Shown here: positions 25,619 through 35,253 of the stretch, piece after piece
Position numbering within the stretch: the stretch's first letter is position 1
Layout: every line of letters begins with the position of its first letter
NCBI RefSeq assembly: GCF_965641715.1
Contig: NZ_OZ282453.1
DNA from: Escherichia coli
GTDB taxonomy: Bacteria > Pseudomonadota > Gammaproteobacteria > Enterobacterales > Enterobacteriaceae
Direction: 5' to 3' (one strand)
Length of the DNA stretch: 64,000 nucleotides
Notes under the pieces: model-generated
Database searches by the model: none
Seen by the model: the letters and a program-made list of their open reading frames with translations, nothing else
Told to the model about the DNA's origin: nothing
Made by a program: the position numbers and the translations under genes

Positions 25619-25960
25619 TAGCTGTATTATTTTATTTTCTTGACGAGAGGAATACAAAATGATACGGCTATTTCATCCACCAAGAAAAAATTATTTTCTT
25701 ATCTTACTCCTCACATCCCCCCTTACACATTAAATATACTTAATTTACATTTTAGTTTTTTTTAATTCATTCATGAAATAGCATTTCATGCAAATAGATT
25801 AGGCATTTTTTGTTTAAACGACCTAAAATAACAACAATTCAATACGCCACATAAATATATTCACACCCGTGATAATTCACCCCTATTACATCCTCCAAAA
25901 ACTTTGAGTAATATCCGCTCGCAATATTAATTTCATATAATTTTTGTAAGGATGCATGTA

Positions 25961-26557
25961 ATGAAAAAAGCACTTCTCGCAGCCGCTCTGGTTATGGCTT
26001 CTGGTTCCGCCCTGGCTGTAGATGGTGGTCATATCGACTTTAACGGTATGGTACAGTCCGGTACCTGTAAAGTGGGTGTGGTAGATACTGGTATGCACAG
26101 CGTTACCACTGATGGCGTGGTTACCCTGGATACTGCGAATGTTACTGATACTTTTGCTGAAGTTAGCGCAACTGCTGTCGGTTTACTGCCGAAAGAGTTC
26201 ATGATTTCTGTTGAGTGTGATCCAGGTGCTCCGAAGAATGCTGAGTTAACTATGGGTTCTGCAAGCTACGCGAACACCAGCGGTACCCTGAATAACAATA
26301 TGAACATCACTGTTAACGGTATTGCACCGGCTCAGAACGTAAACATTGCAGTTCATAACATGAAAAACAAAGCTGGCGCTGCTGAAATTAAGCAGGTCCA
26401 TATGAACAACTCTTCTGAAGTTCAGGAACTGACATTAGACGCAGAAGGTAAAGGCCAGTACGTATTTAACGCATCTTACGTTAAAGCACCGAACAGCCCG
26501 GCTGTAACTGCTGGTCATGTAACCACTAACGCGCTGTACACCATTGCTTATAAGTAA
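25961..26557 (+). CDS. yadN: Fimbrial major subunit (YadN-position allele, divergent from K-12)
   Basis: signal peptide MKKALLAAALVMASGSALA, conserved Cys pair, C-terminal YTIAYK beta-strand motif; RBS aagga 8 nt upstream of ATG 25961. Confidence 0.8.
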   Translation: MKKALLAAALVMASGSALAVDGGHIDFNGMVQSGTCKVGVVDTGMHSVTTDGVVTLDTANVTDTFAEVSATAVGLLPKEFMISVECDPGAPKNAELTMGSASYANTSGTLNNNMNITVNGIAPAQNVNIAVHNMKNKAGAAEIKQVHMNNSSEVQELTLDAEGKGQYVFNASYVKAPNSPAVTAGHVTTNALYTIAYK

Positions 26558-26643
26558 TTGATGGTGTGTTGAGCATAAGGTTTGCCAGCAGGCAAACCTT
26601 ATTTTCGCGAATTTAATCTTTCTACAGACAGCAAGGAGTGCTT

Positions 26644-27369
26644 ATGTTTCCCTTGGTTAAAAAAACGGTTAGTGCATTATTTGTGAGTACTCTGTTAGCC
26701 AGTGCACCAGCATTCGCTGACATTATTATTTCCGGAACACGTATCATTTATAACGCTGATAAAAAAGATGTTAACGTTCGTCTGGAAAATAAAGGGAATC
26801 GCCCCTTACTGATTCAGAACTGGTTGGATACTGGCGACGACAATGCCGATCCCAGCCAGATCAAAGTGCCGTTTACCGCGACCCCACCAGTTTCACGCGT
26901 GGAGCCAAAACGCGGTCAAACCGTAAAAGTGATGTATACCGGTGCAACAGCCCTGCCGAAAGACCGTGAAAGCGTCTACTGGTTTAACGTGCTGGAAGTG
27001 CCGCCTAAGCCGAAAGATGCTGAGGCTGACAAAAACTTGTTACAGCTGGCTTTCCGCACACGCATCAAACTCTTTTATCGCCCGAGTGGGTTACAGGGAG
27101 AACCGGCTGAAGCACCGGCGAAAATCACCTGGAAATTAAACAACGCTCAGTTACAGGCAAATAACCCAACGCCATATTACGTGTCCTTTAATGAGGTCAA
27201 GCTGGAAAGCGGCGGCAAAACCTACAACGTCAATTCCAGCATGGTCGCGCCGTTCAGCCAGGCAAGCTTTGGCGTAACCGGTCTGCCAGGAAGCGTGTCA
27301 TCCGGAAAAGTGGTTTTTAAAGCGATCAACGACTTTGGCGGCAACATTGATGGTTCCGCAACATTCTAA
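26644..27369 (+). CDS. yadV: Periplasmic fimbrial chaperone (PapD-like; YadV/EcpD position)
   Basis: IISGTRIIYNADKKDVNVRLENKGNRPLLIQNWLD chaperone motif; RBS aaggag before ATG 26644. Confidence 0.85.
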   Translation: MFPLVKKTVSALFVSTLLASAPAFADIIISGTRIIYNADKKDVNVRLENKGNRPLLIQNWLDTGDDNADPSQIKVPFTATPPVSRVEPKRGQTVKVMYTGATALPKDRESVYWFNVLEVPPKPKDAEADKNLLQLAFRTRIKLFYRPSGLQGEPAEAPAKITWKLNNAQLQANNPTPYYVSFNEVKLESGGKTYNVNSSMVAPFSQASFGVTGLPGSVSSGKVVFKAINDFGGNIDGSATF

Positions 27370-27410
27370 AAAATAAACGGATTCTTTTTAACATCGCCAG
27401 GAATGCAACC

Positions 27411-30011
27411 TTGTACCAGTTTACTCATCAAAAAAGCCGTATCCCGAAAAAAACGCTACTTGCGGCCTGTTGCGCCCTTTTTTACAGCGGCAACAGTTCT
27501 GCGGCGGACACCGTGGAATATGACAGTTCCTTCTTAATGGGAACTGGCGCATCAACGATTGATGTTAAACGTTATGCTCAAGGCAACCCGACACCGCCGG
27601 GTCTCTATAATGTCCGCGTGTTTGTAAACGGCCAGCCCACGTCCAGCTTAGAAATTCCGTTTGTGGATATTGGCGAAAACAGCGCAGCGGCCTGTATTAC
27701 CCACAAAAACCTGGCACAACTTCACATTAAGCAACCTGAACAGCCTGTCACTTTACTCGCCAGAGAAGGTGAGGAAGAGGATTGTCTGGATTTGGCAAAG
27801 TCATACGAAAAGGCGGATGTGCGCTTTGACGGTAGTGACCAGTTTCTCGATCTGACGATCCCTCAGGCCTATGTTTTGAAAAGCTATGGCGGCTACGTTG
27901 ACCCTTCTTTATGGGAATCGGGAATTAACGCTGCCACACTGGCATATACCCTGAACGCGTATCACACAAGTTCAGATAACGATAATAGTGACAGCGTCTA
28001 TGGCGCATTTAACTCGGGTATCAATTTAGGAGCCTGGCACTTCCGTGCGCGCGGTAACTATAACTGGACAACAGATAACGGCAGCGATTTCGATTTCCAG
28101 GATCGTTACTTACAGCGTGACATTCCGGCAATCCGTTCACAGATAATTATGGGTGACGCCTACACCACCGGTGAAACGTTTGACTCTGTCAACGTCCGTG
28201 GTGTTCGCCTGTACAGCGATAGCCGTATGCTACCTTCGGCGCTGGCCAGTTACGCCCCGACCATCCGCGGTGTAGCAAACTCCAACGCCAAAGTTACGGT
28301 GACGCAGAACGGTTATAAAATCTATGAAACTACCGTTCCACCCGGTGAATTTGTTATAGACGACATTAGCCCCTCCGGCTTTGGTAGCGAACTGGTCGTA
28401 ACCATTGAAGAAGCGGATGGTTCCAAACGCACCTTTACGCAACCCTTCTCGTCGGTTGTGCAAATGCAACGTCCTGGTGTAGGTCGTTGGGATTTCAGTG
28501 CCGGTAAAGTCATTGATGATAGCCTGCGTTCCGAACCCAATATGGGGCAAGCCTCTTATTACTATGGTCTGAATAACCTCTTCACGGGTTATACCGGCAT
28601 TCAGTTCACCGATAACAACTATCTTGCCGGGCTGTTAGGTGTGGGTATCAACACCAGCATCGGCGCCTTTGCGGTAGACGTTACCCATTCTCGCGCTGAG
28701 ATTCCGGATGATAAAACTTACCAGGGGCAAAGTTATCGCGTGACCTGGAACAAATTATTCCAGGATACCGGGACATCATTTAACCTCGCGGCGTACCGCT
28801 ATTCCACCCAGGATTATCTGGGCCTGCATGATGCGTTAGTCCTCATTGACGACGCCAAACATTTGTCTGCCGATGAAGACAAAAACACCATGCAGACGTA
28901 CTCACGTATGAAAAACCAGTTTACCGTCAGCATCAACCAGCCGCTGAAAACGACTTACGAAGATTACGGTTCACTGTTTATTTCCGGTAGCTGGACGGAT
29001 TACTGGGCGGCGAACAATAGCCGCACTGAATATAATGTTGGTTACAGTAAAAGCGTTTCGTGGGGCAGTTTCAGCGTCAACCTGCAACGTAGCTGGAATG
29101 AAGACGGCGAGAAAGATGACGCGATGTACGTCAGCGTTAGCGTACCTATTGAGAATATTTTAGGTGGCAAACGCAAATCTTCTGGTTTCCGCAATTTAAA
29201 TACTCAGCTCAATACCGATTTCGATGGTTCACATCAGTTGAATGTTAACAGTTCCGGTAACACTGAAAACAATCTGGTGAACTACAGTGTCAACGCAGGT
29301 TATAGCCTCGATAAAAACTCCGGCGATTTAGCCTCTGTTGGTGGTTATCTCAACTATGAATCAGGGTTAGGCGGTATTTCCGCTTCGGCCTCGGCCACTT
29401 CTGATAATAGCCAGCAGTACTCCATCTCCACCGATGGCGGCTTTGTATTACACAGTGGTGGTTTAACGTTCACTAACAACAGTTTCAGCAGTAACGACAC
29501 ACTGGTGTTAATCAACGCCCCAGGTGCTAAAGGCGCACGAATCAATAACAGTAATAACGAAATCGATCGCTGGGGATATGCCGTGACATCTTCTGTCAGC
29601 CCCTACCGTGAAAACCGGGTAGGTCTGAACATTGAAACACTGGAAAACGATGTTGAACTGAAAAGTACCAGCGCCACCACCGTACCACGCAGCGGCTCCG
29701 TTGTTTTGACCCGTTTCGAAACTGACGAGGGGCGTTCTGCCGTGCTGAATATTACTGCCGCCAATGGCAAATCTATTCCGTTTGCTGCGGAGGTTTACCA
29801 GGGTGAGGTGATGATCGGCAGCATGGGCCAGGGTGGTCAGGCATTTGTGCGCGGTATTAACGACAGCGGGGAATTAACAGTGCGTTGGTATGAAAACAAC
29901 CAAACCATTGACTGTAAGTTGCACTACCAGTTCCCAGCCCAGCCACAAACGCTGGGAAGTACCAACACCTTATTACTTAACAATCTTACCTGTCAGGTAG
30001 CAAATCACTAA
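27411..30011 (+). CDS. htrE: Outer membrane fimbrial usher (HtrE position)
   Basis: 866 aa; usher motifs (YNVRVFVNGQ, RGVRLYSDSRMLP, TVPPGEFVIDDISPSGFGSELVVTIEEADGSKRTF); start codon uncertain (TTG at 27411). Confidence 0.85.
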   Translation: MYQFTHQKSRIPKKTLLAACCALFYSGNSSAADTVEYDSSFLMGTGASTIDVKRYAQGNPTPPGLYNVRVFVNGQPTSSLEIPFVDIGENSAAACITHKNLAQLHIKQPEQPVTLLAREGEEEDCLDLAKSYEKADVRFDGSDQFLDLTIPQAYVLKSYGGYVDPSLWESGINAATLAYTLNAYHTSSDNDNSDSVYGAFNSGINLGAWHFRARGNYNWTTDNGSDFDFQDRYLQRDIPAIRSQIIMGDAYTTGETFDSVNVRGVRLYSDSRMLPSALASYAPTIRGVANSNAKVTVTQNGYKIYETTVPPGEFVIDDISPSGFGSELVVTIEEADGSKRTFTQPFSSVVQMQRPGVGRWDFSAGKVIDDSLRSEPNMGQASYYYGLNNLFTGYTGIQFTDNNYLAGLLGVGINTSIGAFAVDVTHSRAEIPDDKTYQGQSYRVTWNKLFQDTGTSFNLAAYRYSTQDYLGLHDALVLIDDAKHLSADEDKNTMQTYSRMKNQFTVSINQPLKTTYEDYGSLFISGSWTDYWAANNSRTEYNVGYSKSVSWGSFSVNLQRSWNEDGEKDDAMYVSVSVPIENILGGKRKSSGFRNLNTQLNTDFDGSHQLNVNSSGNTENNLVNYSVNAGYSLDKNSGDLASVGGYLNYESGLGGISASASATSDNSQQYSISTDGGFVLHSGGLTFTNNSFSSNDTLVLINAPGAKGARINNSNNEIDRWGYAVTSSVSPYRENRVGLNIETLENDVELKSTSATTVPRSGSVVLTRFETDEGRSAVLNITAANGKSIPFAAEVYQGEVMIGSMGQGGQAFVRGINDSGELTVRWYENNQTIDCKLHYQFPAQPQTLGSTNTLLLNNLTCQVANH

Positions 30012-30012
30012 T

Positions 30013-30573
30013 ATGGAAAATTCTATGAAAAGGATACTACTAACATCCGCGTTAATAGGCCTGGGTTTACCGGCGGTTGGCTCTGCAACAGATCTTAATG
30101 TCGATTTTACGGCCACCGTATTAGCCACCACCTGTACGATAACTATCGTACAAGATGGTGGTCCAGTAGTGACGGGTAGCAACGGTGAATATAGCCTGAC
30201 AATTCCCGATGTTGGCCTGGATAAAGTTGTCACTGGAGATGTTGCAGCTCAAGCCAACTTTAAATTAGTGGCTTCCGATTGCAGCAATGGTTATTCAAAG
30301 ATTTTTACCACACTTACAGGAACAACGGTTTCCGGTAAGTTAATTGTTAATGAAACAACCTCTGGCGCTACGGGTGTGGGTATGGGGATTAAGCGTAGAG
30401 ATACCGCAGACTCGGCTTTCTTTACGCCAAATAATACTGACAAATTTGAATGGAGTACCGATGAGAAAGCTAACGGTGTGCCTCTGACCGTAGCACTGCG
30501 CGAAACAACGGCAGGAGCAGGACGCACTGGTGCGTTTCAGGCAAAAGCCACCTTTAACTTCACCTACGAATAA
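30013..30573 (+). CDS. yadM: Fimbrial minor subunit (YadM position)
   Basis: signal peptide then pilin fold, C-terminal FNFTYE; alternative start at 30025. Confidence 0.75.
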   Translation: MENSMKRILLTSALIGLGLPAVGSATDLNVDFTATVLATTCTITIVQDGGPVVTGSNGEYSLTIPDVGLDKVVTGDVAAQANFKLVASDCSNGYSKIFTTLTGTTVSGKLIVNETTSGATGVGMGIKRRDTADSAFFTPNNTDKFEWSTDEKANGVPLTVALRETTAGAGRTGAFQAKATFNFTYE

Positions 30574-30587
30574 CAGGGACAGCCACC

Positions 30588-31199
30588 ATGAAATTAAAAG
30601 TCATAGCTACACTGATTGCTACTGTTGCCGTGGGTGCCAGCGTTAGCAACAATCTCACTTATGCGAGTACGACATCCGCCTCTTTAACCGTAAACAGTAA
30701 CCTGACTATGGGTACCTGTAGTGCGAAGGTAGTGGATACCAGTGGTGCCGTGATCGACACCGTTGTCTTGGGCAATGTTTATATTTCTGAACTGGCAGCC
30801 AAAAGCAAGGTGCAACCATTTAAAATCCGCTTCAGCGATTGTGCCGGGCTTCCAGGAAAGAGTGCTCAACTCGTCTTAGCGCCCAAAAACAACGGTTGCG
30901 CAGGAGGCATGTCTGACACTGCCGCCTTTTCAAATAAACTCAACACCACCACCGATGGTGGTTCAAGCAGAGCAGCAGTCGAAGTATGGACGACTACAAG
31001 CCCCGAAGGAACTGGCAGTGAGCAATTCAATTGTTATCAGCGAAACGTCATCAATGTCGATCTTTCTAATGCCAGCACAACACAGCCTTATGATTTCGAT
31101 TTAAGCGCGCGAATGATTATCGCTGGCGGGTGGACAGTCAATGACGTATTACCGGGTAGATTCCTCTCTCCTACGACTTTCACAATCACTTATCAGTAA
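30588..31199 (+). CDS. yadL: Fimbrial minor subunit (YadL position)
   Basis: signal peptide MKLKVIATLIATVAVGASV; C-terminal FTITYQ. Confidence 0.75.
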   Translation: MKLKVIATLIATVAVGASVSNNLTYASTTSASLTVNSNLTMGTCSAKVVDTSGAVIDTVVLGNVYISELAAKSKVQPFKIRFSDCAGLPGKSAQLVLAPKNNGCAGGMSDTAAFSNKLNTTTDGGSSRAAVEVWTTTSPEGTGSEQFNCYQRNVINVDLSNASTTQPYDFDLSARMIIAGGWTVNDVLPGRFLSPTTFTITYQ

Positions 31200-31219
31200 T
31201 AGCGGATAAGGATATTAGA

Positions 31220-31810
31220 ATGCTATGCAGGCATCATAAATTTGTACGTTTTTTGGGGCTGGCAACAGCCCTCATTACGCCTTTTGCCTATGCTGGCCAG
31301 GATGTGGATCTCACGGCGCAGATTGTGGCCAGCACCTGTCAGGTGGAAGTCAGTAATAATGGCGTTGTCGATCTCGGCACAGTGACGCTGGACTATTTTG
31401 CTGACAATGTGACCCCAACGACGGATTACGCGGGTGGCAAAACGTTTAATGTTAATGTGGTCTCTTGCGATAACATTCAAACGACACAGTCGCAAATGAA
31501 ATTAGATTTTCAGCCGCAGGCGGGATCGCTTGCACAGGTGAATAATCAAATTTTTAGTAATGAATACGAACAGCAGGCTACCGGGGCGAAAAACGTCGGC
31601 ATTGTGATATTTTCGGCCCAACCGAATCAGCAGACATTTAACGTGCGAGGAACAGATGGTTCCTCAGCAGCAATTTATTCGGTCGCGCCTGGCAATGCTG
31701 TTCCCTCAACCTGGACCTTTTATTCCCGTATGCAGCGGGTGAATAATGCCCTTCCTCCTGAATCGGGAATGGTGAGAAGCCAGGTTATTGTTAACGTATC
31801 TTACGAATAA
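31220..31810 (+). CDS. yadK: Fimbrial minor subunit (YadK position)
   Basis: signal peptide, C-terminal VNVSYE; RBS aaggat 6 nt upstream. Confidence 0.75.
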   Translation: MLCRHHKFVRFLGLATALITPFAYAGQDVDLTAQIVASTCQVEVSNNGVVDLGTVTLDYFADNVTPTTDYAGGKTFNVNVVSCDNIQTTQSQMKLDFQPQAGSLAQVNNQIFSNEYEQQATGAKNVGIVIFSAQPNQQTFNVRGTDGSSAAIYSVAPGNAVPSTWTFYSRMQRVNNALPPESGMVRSQVIVNVSYE

Positions 31811-31821
31811 TAAGGATAATT

Positions 31822-32934
31822 ATGCAAAGGAAAGGCAATAGACTGTTGATTCAGTTATGCAGTGCGATACTGCTATTTTTTACCACATCCTGGTATGCAT
31901 TGGCGAATGAATGTTATATAGAGAGAAATGCTGAAGGGCCTTATGATATGGTGATAAACCCAAAGCCCTTCAGTATACAGTCAGCGATGGTCACAGTCCC
32001 GGAAGAAATAGGCTTCGCGTCCTGGGATTCTCATATTGATCTTCGGGGCGATAAGATTGGTTGTAAATCCTTAGGTAGTGACACAAGCTCAGTGCATTTT
32101 CTTAATACTGCTGATGCCAGCCTCTTATCAACCTATACTACCAACCATGGCGGTGCTTTATTGAAAACAACCGTTCCCGGTATTGTTTATTCAGTAGAAT
32201 TATTATGTACAAGTTGTGGAGCCGCGGACGAACTTGCTTTGCTTCTTCCTGCGCAAAGTGGTGCAGATAATCATACAGATAACGCCAGCTCAAAGTGGGC
32301 CTATGAATATAGTGACGATAGCTGGTATTTACGGTTTCGTTTTTACTGGACCCCGGAATTTAAACCTCAAAATGGGGTTTCAGAAGGAACTGCGATGCCA
32401 GGTAAAATAGCTTCCTGGTATATAGGCAATAATGACCAACCATGGATAAATTTTTTCGTTGATACAAGCTCCGTTCATTTTTACGTTGACGAACCGACCT
32501 GTGCAACAGTTGCCCTCGCACAAGATAAGGGCAACGTCAGTGGCAACCAGGTAACGCTTGGGAACAGCTATGTTTCGGAAGTGAAAAATGGGCTTACGCG
32601 GGAAATCCCTTTTTCTATCCGTGCTGAATACTGCTATGCCAGTAAAATTACGGTTAAGTTGAAAGCGGCAAATAAACCCAGCGATGCCACACTGGTGGGT
32701 AAAACGACTGGCTCTGCTTCAGGCGTGGCTGTAAAAGTAAATTCAACTTATGACAATAGCAAAGTATTGTTAAAAGCAGATGGTAGCAACACGGTTGACT
32801 ATAACTTCGCCGTCTGGTCAAACAACCTGCTGCTTTTACCTTTTACGGCGCAGCTGGTACCGGATGGCAGTGGTGCTGCTGTCGGTGTTGGAACCTTCTC
32901 TGGTAACGCGACCTTCTCCTTTACCTACGAATAA
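31822..32934 (+). CDS. yadC: Two-domain fimbrial tip adhesin (YadC position)
   Basis: 370 aa; N-terminal ~200-aa putative lectin domain plus C-terminal pilin domain ending ATFSFTYE; RBS aagga. Confidence 0.75.
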   Translation: MQRKGNRLLIQLCSAILLFFTTSWYALANECYIERNAEGPYDMVINPKPFSIQSAMVTVPEEIGFASWDSHIDLRGDKIGCKSLGSDTSSVHFLNTADASLLSTYTTNHGGALLKTTVPGIVYSVELLCTSCGAADELALLLPAQSGADNHTDNASSKWAYEYSDDSWYLRFRFYWTPEFKPQNGVSEGTAMPGKIASWYIGNNDQPWINFFVDTSSVHFYVDEPTCATVALAQDKGNVSGNQVTLGNSYVSEVKNGLTREIPFSIRAEYCYASKITVKLKAANKPSDATLVGKTTGSASGVAVKVNSTYDNSKVLLKADGSNTVDYNFAVWSNNLLLLPFTAQLVPDGSGAAVGVGTFSGNATFSFTYE

Positions 32935-32957
32935 GTAAAACGTCATTCCTTCCTCAT

Positions 32958-32982
32958 CGCACCAGAGTTCTGCTCTGGTGCG
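32958..32982 (+). terminator. Hairpin 3' of fimbrial operon (cgcaccagag / ctctggtgcg)
   Basis: 10-bp perfect inverted repeat 24 nt past the yadC stop, followed by aacgttttcccc. Confidence 0.55.
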
Positions 32983-33069
32983 AACGTTTTCCCCACACTA
33001 AAAACCATTGCCCCCCTGATTTCGACTGTTAGAATGCGATCAATCTGACTTTAGCTATCAGGATACGTT

Positions 33070-33864
33070 ATGAAACCAACCACCATTGCTTCATTGCAAA
33101 AATGCAAACAGGAAAAAAAACGTTTCGCCACCATCACCGCTTACGACTATAGCTTCGCCAAACTCTTTGCCGATGAAGGACTTAACGTCATGCTGGTAGG
33201 CGACTCGCTGGGCATGACGGTTCAGGGGCACGACTCCACCCTGCCAGTTACCGTTGCTGATATCGCCTACCACACTACCGCCGTACGTCGTGGCGCGCCA
33301 AACTGCCTGCTCTTGGGTGACCTGCCGTTTATGGCGTATGCCACGCCGGAACAAGCCTTTGAAAACGCCGCAACGGTTATGCGTGCCGGTGCTAACATGG
33401 TCAAAATTGAAGGCGGTGAGTGGCTGGTCGAAACCGTAAAAATGCTGACCGAACGTGCCGTTCCTGTATGTGGTCACTTAGGTTTAACCCCACAGTCAGT
33501 GAATATTTTCGGTGGCTACAAAGTTCAGGGACGCGGCGATGAAGCGAGCGATCGACTGCTTAGCGATGCATTAGCCTTAGAAGCCGCTGGTGCACAGTTG
33601 CTGGTGCTGGAATGCGTACCGGTTGAACTGGCAAAACGTATTACCGAAGCACTGGTGATCCCGGTTATTGGCATTGGCGCAGGCAACGTCACTGACGGGC
33701 AGATCCTCGTGATGCACGATGCGTTCGGCATTACCGGCGGCCATATCCCTAAATTTGCCAAAAATTTCCTCGCTGAAACGGGCGACATCCGCGCGGCTGT
33801 GCGGCAGTATATGGCTGAAGTGGAGTCCGGCGTTTATCCGGGCGAAGAACACAGTTTCCATTAA
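33070..33864 (+). CDS. panB: 3-methyl-2-oxobutanoate hydroxymethyltransferase
   Basis: 264 aa; [33 protein letters not shown]. Confidence 0.95.
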   Translation: MKPTTIASLQKCKQEKKRFATITAYDYSFAKLFADEGLNVMLVGDSLGMTVQGHDSTLPVTVADIAYHTTAVRRGAPNCLLLGDLPFMAYATPEQAFENAATVMRAGANMVKIEGGEWLVETVKMLTERAVPVCGHLGLTPQSVNIFGGYKVQGRGDEASDRLLSDALALEAAGAQLLVLECVPVELAKRITEALVIPVIGIGAGNVTDGQILVMHDAFGITGGHIPKFAKNFLAETGDIRAAVRQYMAEVESGVYPGEEHSFH

Positions 33865-33875
33865 GGAGTGACGTT

Positions 33876-34727
33876 GTGTTAATTATCGAAACCCTGCCAC
33901 TGCTGCGCCAGCAAATTCGCCGCCTGCGTATGGAAGGCAAGCGCGTGGCGCTGGTACCTACCATGGGCAACCTGCATGATGGCCACATGAAGCTGGTCGA
34001 CGAAGCCAAAGCCCGCGCCGATGTGGTCGTCGTCAGTATTTTCGTTAACCCGATGCAGTTCGACCGCCCGGAGGACCTGGCTCGTTACCCACGCACCTTG
34101 CAGGAAGACTGCGAAAAGCTGAACAAGCGCAAAGTGGATCTGGTTTTCGCGCCCTCGGTAAAAGAGATCTACCCGAACGGTACTGAAACCCATACTTACG
34201 TTGACGTTCCCGGGCTTTCGACCATGCTGGAAGGCGCGAGCCGTCCGGGGCATTTTCGCGGCGTTTCGACTATCGTCAGCAAGCTGTTTAACCTGGTCCA
34301 GCCGGACATCGCCTGCTTCGGTGAAAAGGACTTTCAGCAACTGGCGCTGATCCGCAAAATGGTTGCCGATATGGGCTTTGATATTGAGATTGTCGGTGTG
34401 CCAATTATGCGCGCCAAAGACGGTCTGGCGCTGAGTTCCCGTAATGGTTATCTGACGGCGGAACAACGCAAAATTGCGCCTGGTCTGTACAAGGTTTTAA
34501 GTTCGATTGCCGACAAATTGCAGGCTGGCGAACGGGATCTCGATGAAATTATTGCTATTGCCGGGCAAGAACTGAATGAAAAAGGCTTCCGCGCCGATGA
34601 TATTCAGATTCGCGATGCCGACACATTGCTGGAAGTCTCTGAAACCAGCAAACGAGCTGTGATTCTGGTAGCCGCCTGGCTTGGCGATGCCCGCCTGATA
34701 GACAACAAAATGGTCGAACTGGCGTAA
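33876..34727 (+). CDS. panC: Pantothenate synthetase, GTG start
   Basis: 283 aa; HIGH-type motif [10 protein letters not shown]; RBS aaggag 8 nt before GTG. Confidence 0.95.
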   Translation: MLIIETLPLLRQQIRRLRMEGKRVALVPTMGNLHDGHMKLVDEAKARADVVVVSIFVNPMQFDRPEDLARYPRTLQEDCEKLNKRKVDLVFAPSVKEIYPNGTETHTYVDVPGLSTMLEGASRPGHFRGVSTIVSKLFNLVQPDIACFGEKDFQQLALIRKMVADMGFDIEIVGVPIMRAKDGLALSSRNGYLTAEQRKIAPGLYKVLSSIADKLQAGERDLDEIIAIAGQELNEKGFRADDIQIRDADTLLEVSETSKRAVILVAAWLGDARLIDNKMVELA

Positions 34728-34732
34728 TACTT

Positions 34733-34760
34733 AACTGGCGCTACGGCTGATGGCGCCAGT
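34733..34760. terminator. Hairpin 3' of panC (aactggcgc / gcgccagtt) followed by attaatttg
   Basis: 9-bp inverted repeat read directly. Confidence 0.55.
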
Positions 34761-34822
34761 TATTAATTTGCCCTACGTTATGGCGATGACGTCTGTAAGT
34801 GATTATTCATATCGCTGGCAAT

Positions 34823-35032
34823 TTAGTTAGAGTTAATTAGCTTATCAATCTCTGTAAGAGGTAAAGTTGTCACCTCTGCAACGTCTTCCCGAGACATCCC
34901 TTTACTTAGAAAACGCTGGGCGAATTCCTGTCTTACCTTCTGGAGTTCCTCTTGATATCCCTTCTGAAATCCCTTCTCTTCAAACCACTGCGCCAACGTC
35001 TGCCTGGTTTCTCTCCGTGTCTTTATTTCCAT
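34823..35032 (-). CDS. Orphan Rpn C-terminal-domain (RpnS-like) small protein, 69 aa; diverged duplicate of the rpnC tail
   Basis: ORF MEIKTRRETRQTLAQWFEEKGFQKGYQEELQKVRQEFAQRFLSKGMSREDVAEVTTLPLTEIDKLINSN aligns with the last ~50 residues of the adjacent rpnC product; own ATG with aggga SD 5 nt upstream; DNA is a direct repeat of 35101..35266. Confidence 0.6.
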   Translation of the reverse strand: MEIKTRRETRQTLAQWFEEKGFQKGYQEELQKVRQEFAQRFLSKGMSREDVAEVTTLPLTEIDKLINSN

Positions 35033-35100
35033 AGGTTCCCTTAATTATCTGGTCAGTTAACAATAACAATTATCTGGCTATAACTGATGATGCAGACAAC

Positions 35101-35253
35101 TTAGTTAATCAGCTTATCAATCTCGGCAAGGGGTAAATTTGCCATCTCTGCAACGTCTTCCCGAGACATTCCTTTATTCAGAAGACGCAGGACGAATTCT
35201 TGCCTTTCCTCCTGTCTTCCCCTCTCTTCAAACCACTGCGCCAGCGTCATCAT
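35101..35253 (-). CDS. Putative internal RpnS-type small ORF in the rpnC reading frame (MMTLAQWFEERGRQEERQEFVLRLLNKGMSREDVAEMANLPLAEIDKLIN)
   Basis: in-frame ATGATG at 35253/35250 preceded 4-5 nt upstream by GGGAGGGGAG (reverse complement of 35257..35266). Confidence 0.45.
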   Translation of the reverse strand: MMTLAQWFEERGRQEERQEFVLRLLNKGMSREDVAEMANLPLAEIDKLIN

